The translations under genes were made by a program, and so were the position numbers. A stretch of 64,000 bases of DNA from an uncultured Wohlfahrtiimonas sp. (GTDB taxonomy: Bacteria; Pseudomonadota; Gammaproteobacteria; Cardiobacteriales; Wohlfahrtiimonadaceae): assembly GCA_947630895.1 (NCBI GenBank), contig CANRJJ010000002.1, positions 7,852 through 71,851 on the forward strand, given 5' to 3'. Positions 48,158 to 58,111 of this stretch are shown in pieces; positions within the stretch are counted from its first letter, which is position 1, and every line of letters starts with the position of its first letter. The notes under the pieces are model-generated. The model searched no databases and was not told the origin of the DNA. It was given only the letters and a program-made list of their open reading frames with translations.

Positions 48158-49532
48158 ACTGCAAAAGGTTATTGATAATGGTTTTTGCATAGGGTGTGGT
48201 GCTTGTACTTTTATAGATAGAAGTATTAAAGTAGAGCGAAATCAATATGGGATGATGCAAGCGACTTATGAAAATGTGCCAAAAATTGAAGCCTCTGAAG
48301 TCTGTCCATTTTCATCAACAGAAGATGAGACTGTTATGGGAGCACGTTTATATGAAAATATATCTGATATAAGCTTTGAAAAAAGATTAGGTTATTATCA
48401 TGGTTTATATGCAGGACGTGTTAGTAATGATCAATTAAGGGTAAATACTTCTTCAGGTGGTGTATTAACGACGTTGTTGCTTTATTTAATTGAAAATAAA
48501 TTAATTGATGGAGTAATTCATGTTAAAGCGAATGATCAAGAAGAGGATCTTTTTGATTATGCTTTATCAACAACCCCCGATGATATTTTAGCAAGAGCAA
48601 AGTCAAGATATTATCATGTAAGTTTTTCAAATATGAAAGATTTTTTACTTTCAGAGAAATTCAGTGGTAATTATGTTTTTGTTGGGATTCCATGTTATAT
48701 CAAATCAGTAAGATTGTTATGTGAAGAGATGCCAAGACTAAAAAAAAATATTAAATATTTTTTTGGTATTTTTTGTGGACATATGAAAACTAGCGCATTT
48801 GGTGAGTTATTTGCTTGGCAAAAAGGCATAGACCCTACAGAACTATCTGCGATAGATTTTAGAGTTAAAAACACAACAGGTTTATCTAGTCAGTATTCAG
48901 TAAGTGTTCAAGAGAGCGATAAAACCCCAATATTAGAAAAAAGTTATAAACTATATGGGTCTGATTGGGGATTAGGCTTTTTTAAGCCCAAAGCTTGTGA
49001 TTGGTGCGATGATGTTTCTGGTGAATTAGCGGATATAACATTTGGTGACGCTTGGCTACCTGAATATACATCTGATTCTTTGGGAACGAATATTATTATT
49101 GTTAGAGATAAAATATTGCATGAAATTTTATTATCTCAAAGCCAGTTGGGGGAGATTACTTTAGAAACATTATCGGTGGAAAAAATTATTGAATCACAGG
49201 CTGGTAATTATCGTCATAGGCAAGAAGGTTTAAGTGTTCGTTTAGAATCAGCACTAAAGAAAAAAGACTGGACTCCCAAAAAAAGAATATCTGTGGGTGA
49301 TTATGATGTATCTAAAAAAAGAAAAAAACTATATTTAATTAGGGAGAAATTAGCTGAGAAATCACATTTTTATTTTTTTGAAGCTAAACAGAAATCTAAT
49401 TTAATATGGTTTGTTTTTAAAATGTTGCCTTTAGAAGTGCAGTATCATTTTTATAATAATCGATTTATCAAAGGAACGATAAAATCCTTGTTAAATTTAT
49501 ATAAATTTATTTTTAGTAGAGGCAATAAATGA
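48147..49532 (+). CDS. Coenzyme F420 hydrogenase/dehydrogenase beta-subunit-like (FrhB/FdhB family) Fe-S flavoprotein
   Basis: 461 aa. An N-terminal ferredoxin-type motif CIGCGAC....CP, and the central/C-terminal region has the FrhB_FdhB pattern (GIPCYIKSVR, FCGHMKT, CDWCDD..GELADITFGDAW). Confidence 0.7.
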   Translation: MENKLQKVIDNGFCIGCGACTFIDRSIKVERNQYGMMQATYENVPKIEASEVCPFSSTEDETVMGARLYENISDISFEKRLGYYHGLYAGRVSNDQLRVNTSSGGVLTTLLLYLIENKLIDGVIHVKANDQEEDLFDYALSTTPDDILARAKSRYYHVSFSNMKDFLLSEKFSGNYVFVGIPCYIKSVRLLCEEMPRLKKNIKYFFGIFCGHMKTSAFGELFAWQKGIDPTELSAIDFRVKNTTGLSSQYSVSVQESDKTPILEKSYKLYGSDWGLGFFKPKACDWCDDVSGELADITFGDAWLPEYTSDSLGTNIIIVRDKILHEILLSQSQLGEITLETLSVEKIIESQAGNYRHRQEGLSVRLESALKKKDWTPKKRISVGDYDVSKKRKKLYLIREKLAEKSHFYFFEAKQKSNLIWFVFKMLPLEVQYHFYNNRFIKGTIKSLLNLYKFIFSRGNK

Positions 49533-50632
49533 AAATAGGGATTTTAACATTACCAATTGCTGAAAACTATGGTGGTATTTTACAGGCTGTAGCATTGTGT
49601 CAATTATTAGAGCAGGAAGGACATGATGTAACCTTGATATATAAGGATACTGTAAATAAGAAATGGAAAGAAGTAGTTAAAAGCATACTACGCTTGGTTC
49701 CAGGACATGATCTTTTTAATGTGCATACTAAGCAAAAAATCATGAAAGATAGACTTGAAAGAGTAAAATTACATAAATATTTTATTGACAAAGAAATCTC
49801 AAAAATTAGTCCTGTGTTGTACACCAACCAAGATTTGATGAGTTATGCGGAAGAAGCTAAGTTTGATGCTGTAATTGTAGGTAGTGATCAAGTTTGGCGT
49901 AAAGCATATATTAATGACCAATATTATAAAAATTATTTTTTAGATTTTATTAAAAATCCTGACACTAAGAAGATTGCATATGCTGCATCATTTGGGCGTG
50001 AAATTTGGGAAGGGAAAAATGATAATCAAGAAATTCATGAGTTATTAAAAGATTTTTCTGGTATTTCTGTACGAGAAGCATCGGGAGTAAATATTTGTAG
50101 AAATACTTTTGGTATCGATAATGCAGAGCATGTTTTAGATCCCACACTATTGATGGATAAACAATTTTATTTAGATATGATTTCTAAATATGATTTAACG
50201 AGTATTGAGCCTAAAAAATTAGTAACTTATGTATTGGATGAAAGTGCTCACAAAAAAAATATTATTTCTAGTTATCAATCTGCTTTTAATATTTTAGAGC
50301 ATGAGATATTGAATCTAAAAGGATTTAATCAAGATCATAAAACGTACAGTGTTCCAGAATGGTTATTTGCAATAGCAAATGCAGATTTTGTTATCACAGA
50401 TTCTTTCCATGGAATGGTATTTGCTATTATTTTTGAAAAACAATTTGTTGTGATTGGAAATAATGATCGAGGAATTGAGAGATTTACATCTTTGCTATCC
50501 TTATTATCTTTAGAAGAAAGAATGATTAATCAAAAAATTGATATGCCCATTATTGATTATGAAAATGTTAAATTAAAACTAGAAAAACAAAAATCATTCT
50601 CTAAAAATAATCTTTTGGAACAATTGATATAA
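49529..50632 (+). CDS. Polysaccharide pyruvyl transferase family protein
   Basis: 367 aa. KIGILTL...NYGGILQAVAL and ITDSFHGMVFAIIF are typical of PS_pyruv_trans. Its start overlaps the upstream stop. Confidence 0.75.
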   Translation: MKIGILTLPIAENYGGILQAVALCQLLEQEGHDVTLIYKDTVNKKWKEVVKSILRLVPGHDLFNVHTKQKIMKDRLERVKLHKYFIDKEISKISPVLYTNQDLMSYAEEAKFDAVIVGSDQVWRKAYINDQYYKNYFLDFIKNPDTKKIAYAASFGREIWEGKNDNQEIHELLKDFSGISVREASGVNICRNTFGIDNAEHVLDPTLLMDKQFYLDMISKYDLTSIEPKKLVTYVLDESAHKKNIISSYQSAFNILEHEILNLKGFNQDHKTYSVPEWLFAIANADFVITDSFHGMVFAIIFEKQFVVIGNNDRGIERFTSLLSLLSLEERMINQKIDMPIIDYENVKLKLEKQKSFSKNNLLEQLI

Positions 50633-50633
50633 A

Positions 50634-51737
50634 GTGCTTACTGTAATTTTTTATAATTTAATCTTATTTTTAAGCACATTTTTTGTGTGGCTTAGTGAAA
50701 AAGGTAGAGGTAATACAGAAAAGTACTTCTTCTTCTTTTGTGCTTTTTTGATTGTTTTTATTCCATCAGCAATTAGATATGATATTGGTACAGATTTTTT
50801 ATCGTATATTAATATTTATAATAATATAGAATTATATAATAATATAGAATTAGGATTTTTTTATATTAATAAAACCTTATTGAGTTTAAATTTTCCTGCA
50901 CAAGCAATTATTATTGTATCTGCATTTATATTTATAATTCTAGTCTTCTGTAGCTATCCTCAAAAAAATAAATATATATATCATTTTGTAATATTTGTGA
51001 GTTTATTATTTCTTAGTTTCAATGGTATTAGGCAGGCAATAGCTTTATCGATTTGTTTTTTATCCTTGAAATTTTTTATTCAAAATAAAATTGCATTAGC
51101 ATTCTTTATTTTATTGTTAAGTTCGTTATTTCATAAGTCAGCTTTAATATTAATTCCGATATATATTTGGGCATGTATTCCGTTATCGGTGAAGTTGAAA
51201 ACTATAGTAATTCCTTTTTGTATGTTATTAGCTATAGTAATTGTTGAGATATTAATCAAAGATATAATATATCTCATTGGATATACGCTTTCACATCTAA
51301 ATATAGATTATGCTAATTATATAGGTCATGAACGGCATTTTGTTCAAACTGACTTAGGATCTGGGATGGGTTTTTTAGCCAAGTTATTATTCAGTATGTA
51401 TTCAATTTTTAATACGAGATATATTTTAAAAATAAACCCAAGATATTGGCTCATTATATTATTATTATTCATATACGCACTGTCGTTATTATTGGCTAAA
51501 GAAATAGAAATCTTTGGAAGGTTAGAACAAGTTTTTATACTTGCACCTATTTTGATGGCCTATATTTTATTATCAGTTCCAACTACGAGTATAACTGTGC
51601 ATAAGTTTGTAGCATTATTATATTTATTATTCGCTGTTATGAGCTTTTCAAAAGTTGTGTTGGCAGGTGAAACTGAGTATACAAATCCAAAGTTAGCTCC
51701 TTATCAAACAATATTTAATGGTAAATATGAAAAATAA
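50634..51737 (+). CDS. wzy: EpsG-family polysaccharide polymerase (Wzy-like)
   Basis: 367 aa with a GTG start. It has about 10 or more TM segments and the EpsG signature IRYDIGTDFLSY near the N-terminus. Confidence 0.75.
   Translation: MLTVIFYNLILFLSTFFVWLSEKGRGNTEKYFFFFCAFLIVFIPSAIRYDIGTDFLSYINIYNNIELYNNIELGFFYINKTLLSLNFPAQAIIIVSAFIFIILVFCSYPQKNKYIYHFVIFVSLLFLSFNGIRQAIALSICFLSLKFFIQNKIALAFFILLLSSLFHKSALILIPIYIWACIPLSVKLKTIVIPFCMLLAIVIVEILIKDIIYLIGYTLSHLNIDYANYIGHERHFVQTDLGSGMGFLAKLLFSMYSIFNTRYILKINPRYWLIILLLFIYALSLLLAKEIEIFGRLEQVFILAPILMAYILLSVPTTSITVHKFVALLYLLFAVMSFSKVVLAGETEYTNPKLAPYQTIFNGKYEK
50817..50852 (+). repeat. Perfect in-frame 18-bp tandem duplication (2 copies) within wzy
   Basis: tataataatatagaatta occurs twice back to back, encoding YNNIEL-YNNIEL. 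Confidence 0.95.
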
Positions 51738-52752
51738 TCCTGTTATTTCAGTTATTATCCCTATATACGGCGTAGAAAAATATATTGAAAAATGTCTTCG
51801 AAGTTTATTAGAACAAACCTATGAAGATTTTGAAGTAATTCTTGTAGATGATGGCAGTATAGATAATTCAATCGGTATAGCGAGAGCTTTAGTAGGACAT
51901 GACTCTAGGTTTATTTTTTTAGAAAAAGAAAATGGAGGACAGGGGTCTGCTCGAAATTTAGGTATTGATTATGCTAAGGGAGGGTATTTAGCGTTTCTTG
52001 ATAGTGATGATTATGTTGCACCTATATTTTTAGAAAAAATGTATTATCAATTAATTAATGAACAGGTAGATATTTGTTTGTGCGATGTGAATATTATAGA
52101 AAATAATAAAGTTTCTAAAATTCTTTATAACAATGTTGATGATTACTTTCAAAAGAATGATTTTTTATTGTGTTTGAATACAATTAGCTCGTTTATGTGT
52201 GACAAGCTTTTTAAAAAATCAGTTTTTGATGGAATGCGATTTGATGAAAATCTTAGAACTTATGAGGATTCTCATTTAGTTTTTCGGTTAATTTATGGTA
52301 AGAAACTTACTCAAGTAGGTGAAGCTTTATATAATTACGTTCAAAGGCCAGGGTCTACAACTAATAGTTTAGGAAAAACATATATTTTTGATAAAAAACA
52401 AGTAATGCAAAGATATATTGATTTTGCAAAATCTCATAATTTATTTTTACAATATGAAAATTATATTGTTACCTGTTATTTGAGGGAATATCTGTATCTA
52501 ACCGCAGTTGGAGTTGCACGCTATTCACAAAATTATTTAAATGATACTAAAGATTTAAAAAATGATCTAGACCGATCGTACTACAACACCATAAGTATTA
52601 TGCGATTATGTGGTGAAGATAAAAAAAGAGGATTTGGATTAGTAATATTTAAGTTTTCACCAGTACTCTTCCGTTTTTTTATAAAAGGTAGAGATTCTTT
52701 GGTGAGAATAAAGAGACTTGTAAAAATTAATGAGGTAAAAAATGATTCCTAA
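51727..52752 (+). CDS. GT2-family glycosyltransferase
   Basis: The start at 51727 gives MKNNPVISVIIPIYGVEKYI. Also VDDGSIDNS and the DXD motif FLDSDD. Confidence 0.88.
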   Translation: MKNNPVISVIIPIYGVEKYIEKCLRSLLEQTYEDFEVILVDDGSIDNSIGIARALVGHDSRFIFLEKENGGQGSARNLGIDYAKGGYLAFLDSDDYVAPIFLEKMYYQLINEQVDICLCDVNIIENNKVSKILYNNVDDYFQKNDFLLCLNTISSFMCDKLFKKSVFDGMRFDENLRTYEDSHLVFRLIYGKKLTQVGEALYNYVQRPGSTTNSLGKTYIFDKKQVMQRYIDFAKSHNLFLQYENYIVTCYLREYLYLTAVGVARYSQNYLNDTKDLKNDLDRSYYNTISIMRLCGEDKKRGFGLVIFKFSPVLFRFFIKGRDSLVRIKRLVKINEVKNDS

Positions 52753-53539
52753 AATTATTCATTATTGTTGGTTTGGCGGTAATCCTCTACCAGAAGAGTT
52801 GAAATTATACATTGATACATGGCGGTTTTACTGTCCAGATTATGAGATTAGAGTATGGGATGAGAGTAATTTTGATATTAATAGTCATCCTTTTACAAAA
52901 TCTGCGTATGCCTTGAAAAAATATGCATATGTTTCAGATTATGTTAGAGCTTATGTTTTAAATAAATTTGGTGGTATTTATTTAGATACAGATGTAGAAA
53001 TTAAGAAAAATTTTGATGTTTTTTTGAAAAATGATTCTTTTTCAGGCTTTGAACAAAAAGGTATTCCATTTTCTACTGCTATATGGGGTTCTAAGAAAAA
53101 TCATTTTCTGACTAAAAAAGCACTGGAATATTATGAGGGTAGAATGTATACATTGAAAGAGAAGCCCAATCCTGTCTTATTAAGTAATTTAGTCGAACAA
53201 TATTTTGAAATAGATATTTATAATGATAAGAAACAAGTTGGTTATTATGGCGATGAATCATTAACAATTTATCCAACAGAGACTTTTTGTTTAGATTTAG
53301 AAGAAACATATGCTACGCATCATTTTTCAGGTTCTTGGATAGGTGATACAACTACAACTTTTAAAGATTATGTGCATGCACATTATCATTTATCTAAGAC
53401 ATTAAAATATAGTAACGCTTCTAGTGTTTCTATCTTAAAAGGTATTGCATACAGCTTAACTTTTAAACAGAGCTGTCAAATAATTATCTTTAATCTTTTT
53501 TATAAGTTACGTAACATTTGGAAAAAAAATTCAAAATGA
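52742..53539 (+). CDS. GT32-like glycosyltransferase (Gly_transf_sug/OCH1-type, DXD motif)
   Basis: 265 aa. IPKIIHYCWFGGNPLP, SDYVRAYVLNKFGGIYLDTDVE. Confidence 0.8.
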   Translation: MIPKIIHYCWFGGNPLPEELKLYIDTWRFYCPDYEIRVWDESNFDINSHPFTKSAYALKKYAYVSDYVRAYVLNKFGGIYLDTDVEIKKNFDVFLKNDSFSGFEQKGIPFSTAIWGSKKNHFLTKKALEYYEGRMYTLKEKPNPVLLSNLVEQYFEIDIYNDKKQVGYYGDESLTIYPTETFCLDLEETYATHHFSGSWIGDTTTTFKDYVHAHYHLSKTLKYSNASSVSILKGIAYSLTFKQSCQIIIFNLFYKLRNIWKKNSK

Positions 53540-54351
53540 AATTTTCAGTTTTGACATCTATATATTGTAAAGAAAATCCCGCATATTTTGATGAATGTAT
53601 GCAAAGTATATGGGTTAATCAAACAATTAAGCCTACAGAAATGATATTAGTAAAAGATGGTAAATTAACTACCGCACTTGATCAAGCTATTGAAGAGTGG
53701 AGTCATAAATTGTCAGGTGCTTTGAAAATTATTTCCTTAGAGAAAAATGTAGGGTTAGGAAATGCATTAAATGAAGGGTTAAAGTATTGCTTATATGATT
53801 GGGTGTTTCGTATGGATACAGATGATATCTGTGTTCAAGATAGATTTGAAAAGCAATTGAAATTTATTACAGATAACCCAGAGGTTGTATTATTAGGTGG
53901 GCAAATGCGAGAATTTATATCTAATGCTAGACATGAAGATGGCGTTATAAGAATAGTTCCGGATAACTATCAAGATATTATTAATTTTGCACATACAAGA
54001 TCGCCTTTTAATCATATTACTGTCGCGTATAAAAGAAATATAATTCTACAAGAGGGTGGTTATCAGCATCATTTATTGATGGAAGATTATAATTTATGGC
54101 TACGAATAATAGTTAAAAAATATCGTGTTGAAAATTTACGTGATATTCTTGCATATGCGAGAACCGATGGAATGTATGGCAGAAGAAGAGGGATGATTTA
54201 CATTAAAAGTGAATGGCAATTGTATAACTTGAAAGTAAAATTACACTTTCAATCACGCGTTAAAGCATTTACATTATTCATCGTTCGTTCAATGGCTAGA
54301 ATTTTACCATCATCCTTGTTAGAGAAGTTTTATAAATTATTACGTAAGTAA
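53536..54351 (+). CDS. GT2-family glycosyltransferase (AmsE/EpsO-like)
   Basis: The start at 53536 (MKFSVLTSIYCKENP) overlaps the upstream stop (ATGA). An RMDTDD motif is present. Confidence 0.82.
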   Translation: MKFSVLTSIYCKENPAYFDECMQSIWVNQTIKPTEMILVKDGKLTTALDQAIEEWSHKLSGALKIISLEKNVGLGNALNEGLKYCLYDWVFRMDTDDICVQDRFEKQLKFITDNPEVVLLGGQMREFISNARHEDGVIRIVPDNYQDIINFAHTRSPFNHITVAYKRNIILQEGGYQHHLLMEDYNLWLRIIVKKYRVENLRDILAYARTDGMYGRRRGMIYIKSEWQLYNLKVKLHFQSRVKAFTLFIVRSMARILPSSLLEKFYKLLRK

Positions 54352-54369
54352 GTTATTTAGAGTATTTAT

Positions 54370-55245
54370 ATGATCAAAAAAGCCATCCTCCCTGTTGCCG
54401 GTTTAGGCACACGTTTTTTACCAGCTAGCAAAGCAATTCCTAAAGAAATGGTCACAGTGGTTGATCGCCCTGTGATTGAATATGTTGTGCGTGAAGCCGT
54501 TAAAGCGGGCATCGAACAAATTATTTTAGTCACGCATAGCTCAAAAGCTTCGATCGAAAACCATTTTGATCGTAACTTTGAATTAGAGACTTCATTGAAG
54601 CAAAAAAACAAATTAGATCTATTGGCTGAAATTACAAATATCGTGCCAGCGAATGTCAGTATTGTGAGCGTTCGTCAGCCTGAGCCACTAGGTTTAGGAC
54701 ATGCAGTTTTGTGCGCAAAAGATGTGATTGGTGATGATGATTTTGTCGTGTTATTGCCAGATGTATTGGTAAAAAATAGCGATGATCAGCATGATTTAAC
54801 AACAATGATCGAGCGCTATAAAGAAACAGGTGCTGCACAAATCATGGTAGAAAGTGTGCCAGATCATTTGGTGGATCAATATGGCATTGTGGATGTTGCA
54901 AATATTCCATCAGAAGGTCAAAGCAAAATTATGAGTGGAATTGTTGAAAAGCCAGCACTTGGCAAAGCACCTTCTAATTTATCTGTGATTGGTCGCTATA
55001 TTTTGCCTGCTCGAATTATGCAGCTATTGGAAAAAACGCCACGTGGTGCAGGTAACGAAATTCAATTAACAGATGCGATAGCTATGTTGCAAAAAGAATC
55101 GAAGATCGAAGCTTATCGTATGCAAGGCCAAACATTTGATTGCGGTAGTAAGCTCGGTTATTTAAAAGCCGTATTGCATTATGGCGTTTCTCATCCTCAG
55201 CTGAGTGAAGAGTTTAAAAAAATGATTGCTGAGTTAAAAGATTAA
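54370..55245 (+). CDS. galU: UTP-glucose-1-phosphate uridylyltransferase
   Basis: 291 aa. KAILPVAGLGTRFLPASKAIPKEM and VEKP motifs. Confidence 0.95.
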   Translation: MIKKAILPVAGLGTRFLPASKAIPKEMVTVVDRPVIEYVVREAVKAGIEQIILVTHSSKASIENHFDRNFELETSLKQKNKLDLLAEITNIVPANVSIVSVRQPEPLGLGHAVLCAKDVIGDDDFVVLLPDVLVKNSDDQHDLTTMIERYKETGAAQIMVESVPDHLVDQYGIVDVANIPSEGQSKIMSGIVEKPALGKAPSNLSVIGRYILPARIMQLLEKTPRGAGNEIQLTDAIAMLQKESKIEAYRMQGQTFDCGSKLGYLKAVLHYGVSHPQLSEEFKKMIAELKD

Positions 55246-56477
55246 TGAAAATCGCTGTTTTTGGTTCAACATTATATGCAAGCGTGATGGCTGTATTACT
55301 AGCAGAATATGGCAATGATGTTGCATGGTTCGATCATACTGAAATTGAAGATTACGATGTCTTACAGAGATCGTTGAAACAACAAAAGAGTGGGCGTTTG
55401 GCTTTAATCGATCATATGAGTGATTTGAGTGAAATAGATGCTCTTTTATTGTGTTACAGCCCAACACAAATGACTTTTGCCAAATCCAGATTGCTTGAGT
55501 TTACTCAGTTGAATAGAGTGAATTTACCATTGATGATCAATGGTTCAACCTTTGGGCTACACGGAACTGAGCGTTTAAAAGAAGTCATTCCACAATCTGA
55601 ATGGGTTTATTTACCAGATGTAATCCAAGAAGGGAATGCGATTTACAGTTTTTTAAATGCGCACAAAATGATTGTGGGTTTTGAATCAGAAAATTCACAG
55701 AAGATGATTAAAGAGTTATTGCGTCCATTTTTTCAATCGGAACAGTATCTTTTTATGCCAATTGTAGATGCAGAGTTAGCAAAATTAAGCATTTCAGGCA
55801 TGTTGGCCACTCGAATTAGTTATATGAACGATATTGCTGCGATGGCTGAAAAGTTAGGGATTGATGTTGTTAATGTCAAACAAGGCATGGCTGCTGATAA
55901 TCGAATTGGCTCATCGTATTTGTCGCCCGGAGTTGGCTTTGGTGGCGAGCATTTCTCGCATGATATTCTAACGCTTTCCAGTGAAGTCTCTAAAAAAGGG
56001 ATTAAAAGTAGTTTGCTAGAGCAAGTTTGGCAAATTAATGAAGACCAAAAAGAGATTCTGTTTCGTAAATTATGGAACCATTATCAATCCAATGTTGCGG
56101 GCAAAGTGGTTGCAATTTGGGGTGCTTCTTTTAAGGAGAATACGAGTAATGTTCATAACTCCCCGATTCATTCAATGTTAAAAGCCTTATGGGCACAGAA
56201 TGTGATCGTTCAGCTGCATGATCCTGAAGCATTAGGTGAAATAATCGAGATTTATGGTAATCGAGATGATTTGATTTATTGCGCTGATCAGTATGATGCC
56301 GTTCAAAATGCAGATGCTTTATGCATTCTCACCGCTTGGAAACAATATTTTAACCCTGATTATTCTCGATTATTGCAAGATATGACAATGCCATTATTAC
56401 TGGATGGGCGCAATATTTATGACCCGCAGTATGTTAAATCTTTAGGGTTTATTTATGAAGGAATTGGGCGATCGTGA
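55245..56477 (+). CDS. UDP-glucose/GDP-mannose dehydrogenase-family protein at the ugd position, with divergent active-site motifs
   Basis: 410 aa, collinear with long-form Ugd proteins. However, the N-terminal loop is GSTLYA (canonical GxGxxG), and the catalytic-Cys motif reads [10 protein letters not shown] (canonical GFGGSCFPKD). Confidence 0.7.
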   Translation: MKIAVFGSTLYASVMAVLLAEYGNDVAWFDHTEIEDYDVLQRSLKQQKSGRLALIDHMSDLSEIDALLLCYSPTQMTFAKSRLLEFTQLNRVNLPLMINGSTFGLHGTERLKEVIPQSEWVYLPDVIQEGNAIYSFLNAHKMIVGFESENSQKMIKELLRPFFQSEQYLFMPIVDAELAKLSISGMLATRISYMNDIAAMAEKLGIDVVNVKQGMAADNRIGSSYLSPGVGFGGEHFSHDILTLSSEVSKKGIKSSLLEQVWQINEDQKEILFRKLWNHYQSNVAGKVVAIWGASFKENTSNVHNSPIHSMLKALWAQNVIVQLHDPEALGEIIEIYGNRDDLIYCADQYDAVQNADALCILTAWKQYFNPDYSRLLQDMTMPLLLDGRNIYDPQYVKSLGFIYEGIGRS

Positions 56478-58111
56478 ATACTATTATTGAAGAATTAAAA
56501 GTATTGGCCGAAAAATTGCGCAATACAGATATATCAGACTTATTTAAGAATAATCCAAATAGATTTAATGAATTATTATTACAATGCAATGAATTATCCA
56601 TCGATTTTAGTAAGCAAAGAATAGATCAAGAAAGCATTCAGCGATTGATTGATTTGGCAGAAAAAAGAGAATTGTCAGGATGGATTCAAAAGCTCTTCTC
56701 AACGGAAGAAATTAACTACACTGAAAATAGAGCGGCAATGCATTGGGCATTGAGATTGCCAAAAGATAACCGAGAGTTTCCAGAATTGGCTACAGAAGTT
56801 CATGCGCAATTAGAAAAAATGTATGCTTTGGTTGAGCAGATTCATAACGGGCAAAGACGAGGATCAAGCGGCGAAGTTATTACCGATGTTGTGAATATCG
56901 GTGTGGGTGGCTCGGATTTAGGGCCATTGATGGTTTCCTATGCTTTGTCTGATTTTACAGTTAAAACAGTTAAGCCATTAGGTGTTCATTTTGTCTCTAC
57001 GATGGATGGCAGCCAGCTTTCTGATTTATTACACCAACTGCGCCCAGAAACGACGTTATTTATAGTCTCTTCTAAATCATTTTCAACAATAGATACCTTA
57101 TCCAATGCTGAAACAGTTCGTTTATGGCTAGAAAATGCATTGGGGAAAAGCGAAGCTTTATTAAAAAATCATTTTATTGGCGTATCTACCAATATTCCTA
57201 AGATGGCAGAGTGGGGAATTGCTAAAGAAAATCAGCTACTGTTATGGGATTGGGTGGGTGGCCGTTATTCTTTGTGGTCTTGTATTGGGCTGCCGATTGC
57301 TTTAACGATTGGTGTGCAAGGATTTAAAGATTTATTGCAAGGTGCTCATACGATTGATGAACATTTTCGCTCAGAAGAATTCTCAAAAAATTTACCTGTG
57401 ATGATCGCATTGTTAGGTGTTTGGAATACTAATTTCTTAGACATTCAAACTCATGCAGTATTACCTTACGATGGGCGATTGAAATATTTTGCATCGTACT
57501 TACAGCAGTTAGAAATGGAATCGAATGGCAAATCGATTCAACGCGATGAAAGCAGTGTGAACTTTTCAACCTGCCCGATCATTTGGGGAGAAGTTGGGCC
57601 AAATGCTCAGCATGCTTTTTATCAATTACTACATCAAGGTACTCATGCTGTTAGTAGCGATTTTATTGCACCCATTCAGCGATATCATGGTCAGCATTTT
57701 ACTTATGTTGAAAATGGAAAATCTTTAGTTGAACAGCATCATTTAGCGTTGGCAAATTGTTTGGCGCAATCTCGCTTATTGGCTTTTGGTAATCAGGCAT
57801 TAGAGATAGATAATGTAGAGAATGTTCCAAAATATAAGCAATATGAGGGGAATCAGCCAAGTTCAACATTCTTGATTCAAGAGTTAAATCCTAAAACATT
57901 GGGAATGTTGATTGCTTTATATGAACATAAAGTTTTTGTGCAATCTGTCATTTGGAGCATTAATCCATTTGATCAATGGGGCGTTGAAAAAGGCAAAGAG
58001 ATTGCCAATCAATTATTACCAATCTTAAATCATGAAGAAAAAGATAGTTCCTTCCTCGATGGATCAACACAAGGATTGCTGAAATTATTATTGGAGAAAT
58101 CAAATGGCTAA
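56474..58111 (+). CDS. pgi: Glucose-6-phosphate isomerase
   Basis: 545 aa with a GTG start. Motifs [17 protein letters not shown] and QLEMESNGK. Confidence 0.95.
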   Translation: MNTIIEELKVLAEKLRNTDISDLFKNNPNRFNELLLQCNELSIDFSKQRIDQESIQRLIDLAEKRELSGWIQKLFSTEEINYTENRAAMHWALRLPKDNREFPELATEVHAQLEKMYALVEQIHNGQRRGSSGEVITDVVNIGVGGSDLGPLMVSYALSDFTVKTVKPLGVHFVSTMDGSQLSDLLHQLRPETTLFIVSSKSFSTIDTLSNAETVRLWLENALGKSEALLKNHFIGVSTNIPKMAEWGIAKENQLLLWDWVGGRYSLWSCIGLPIALTIGVQGFKDLLQGAHTIDEHFRSEEFSKNLPVMIALLGVWNTNFLDIQTHAVLPYDGRLKYFASYLQQLEMESNGKSIQRDESSVNFSTCPIIWGEVGPNAQHAFYQLLHQGTHAVSSDFIAPIQRYHGQHFTYVENGKSLVEQHHLALANCLAQSRLLAFGNQALEIDNVENVPKYKQYEGNQPSSTFLIQELNPKTLGMLIALYEHKVFVQSVIWSINPFDQWGVEKGKEIANQLLPILNHEEKDSSFLDGSTQGLLKLLLEKSNG

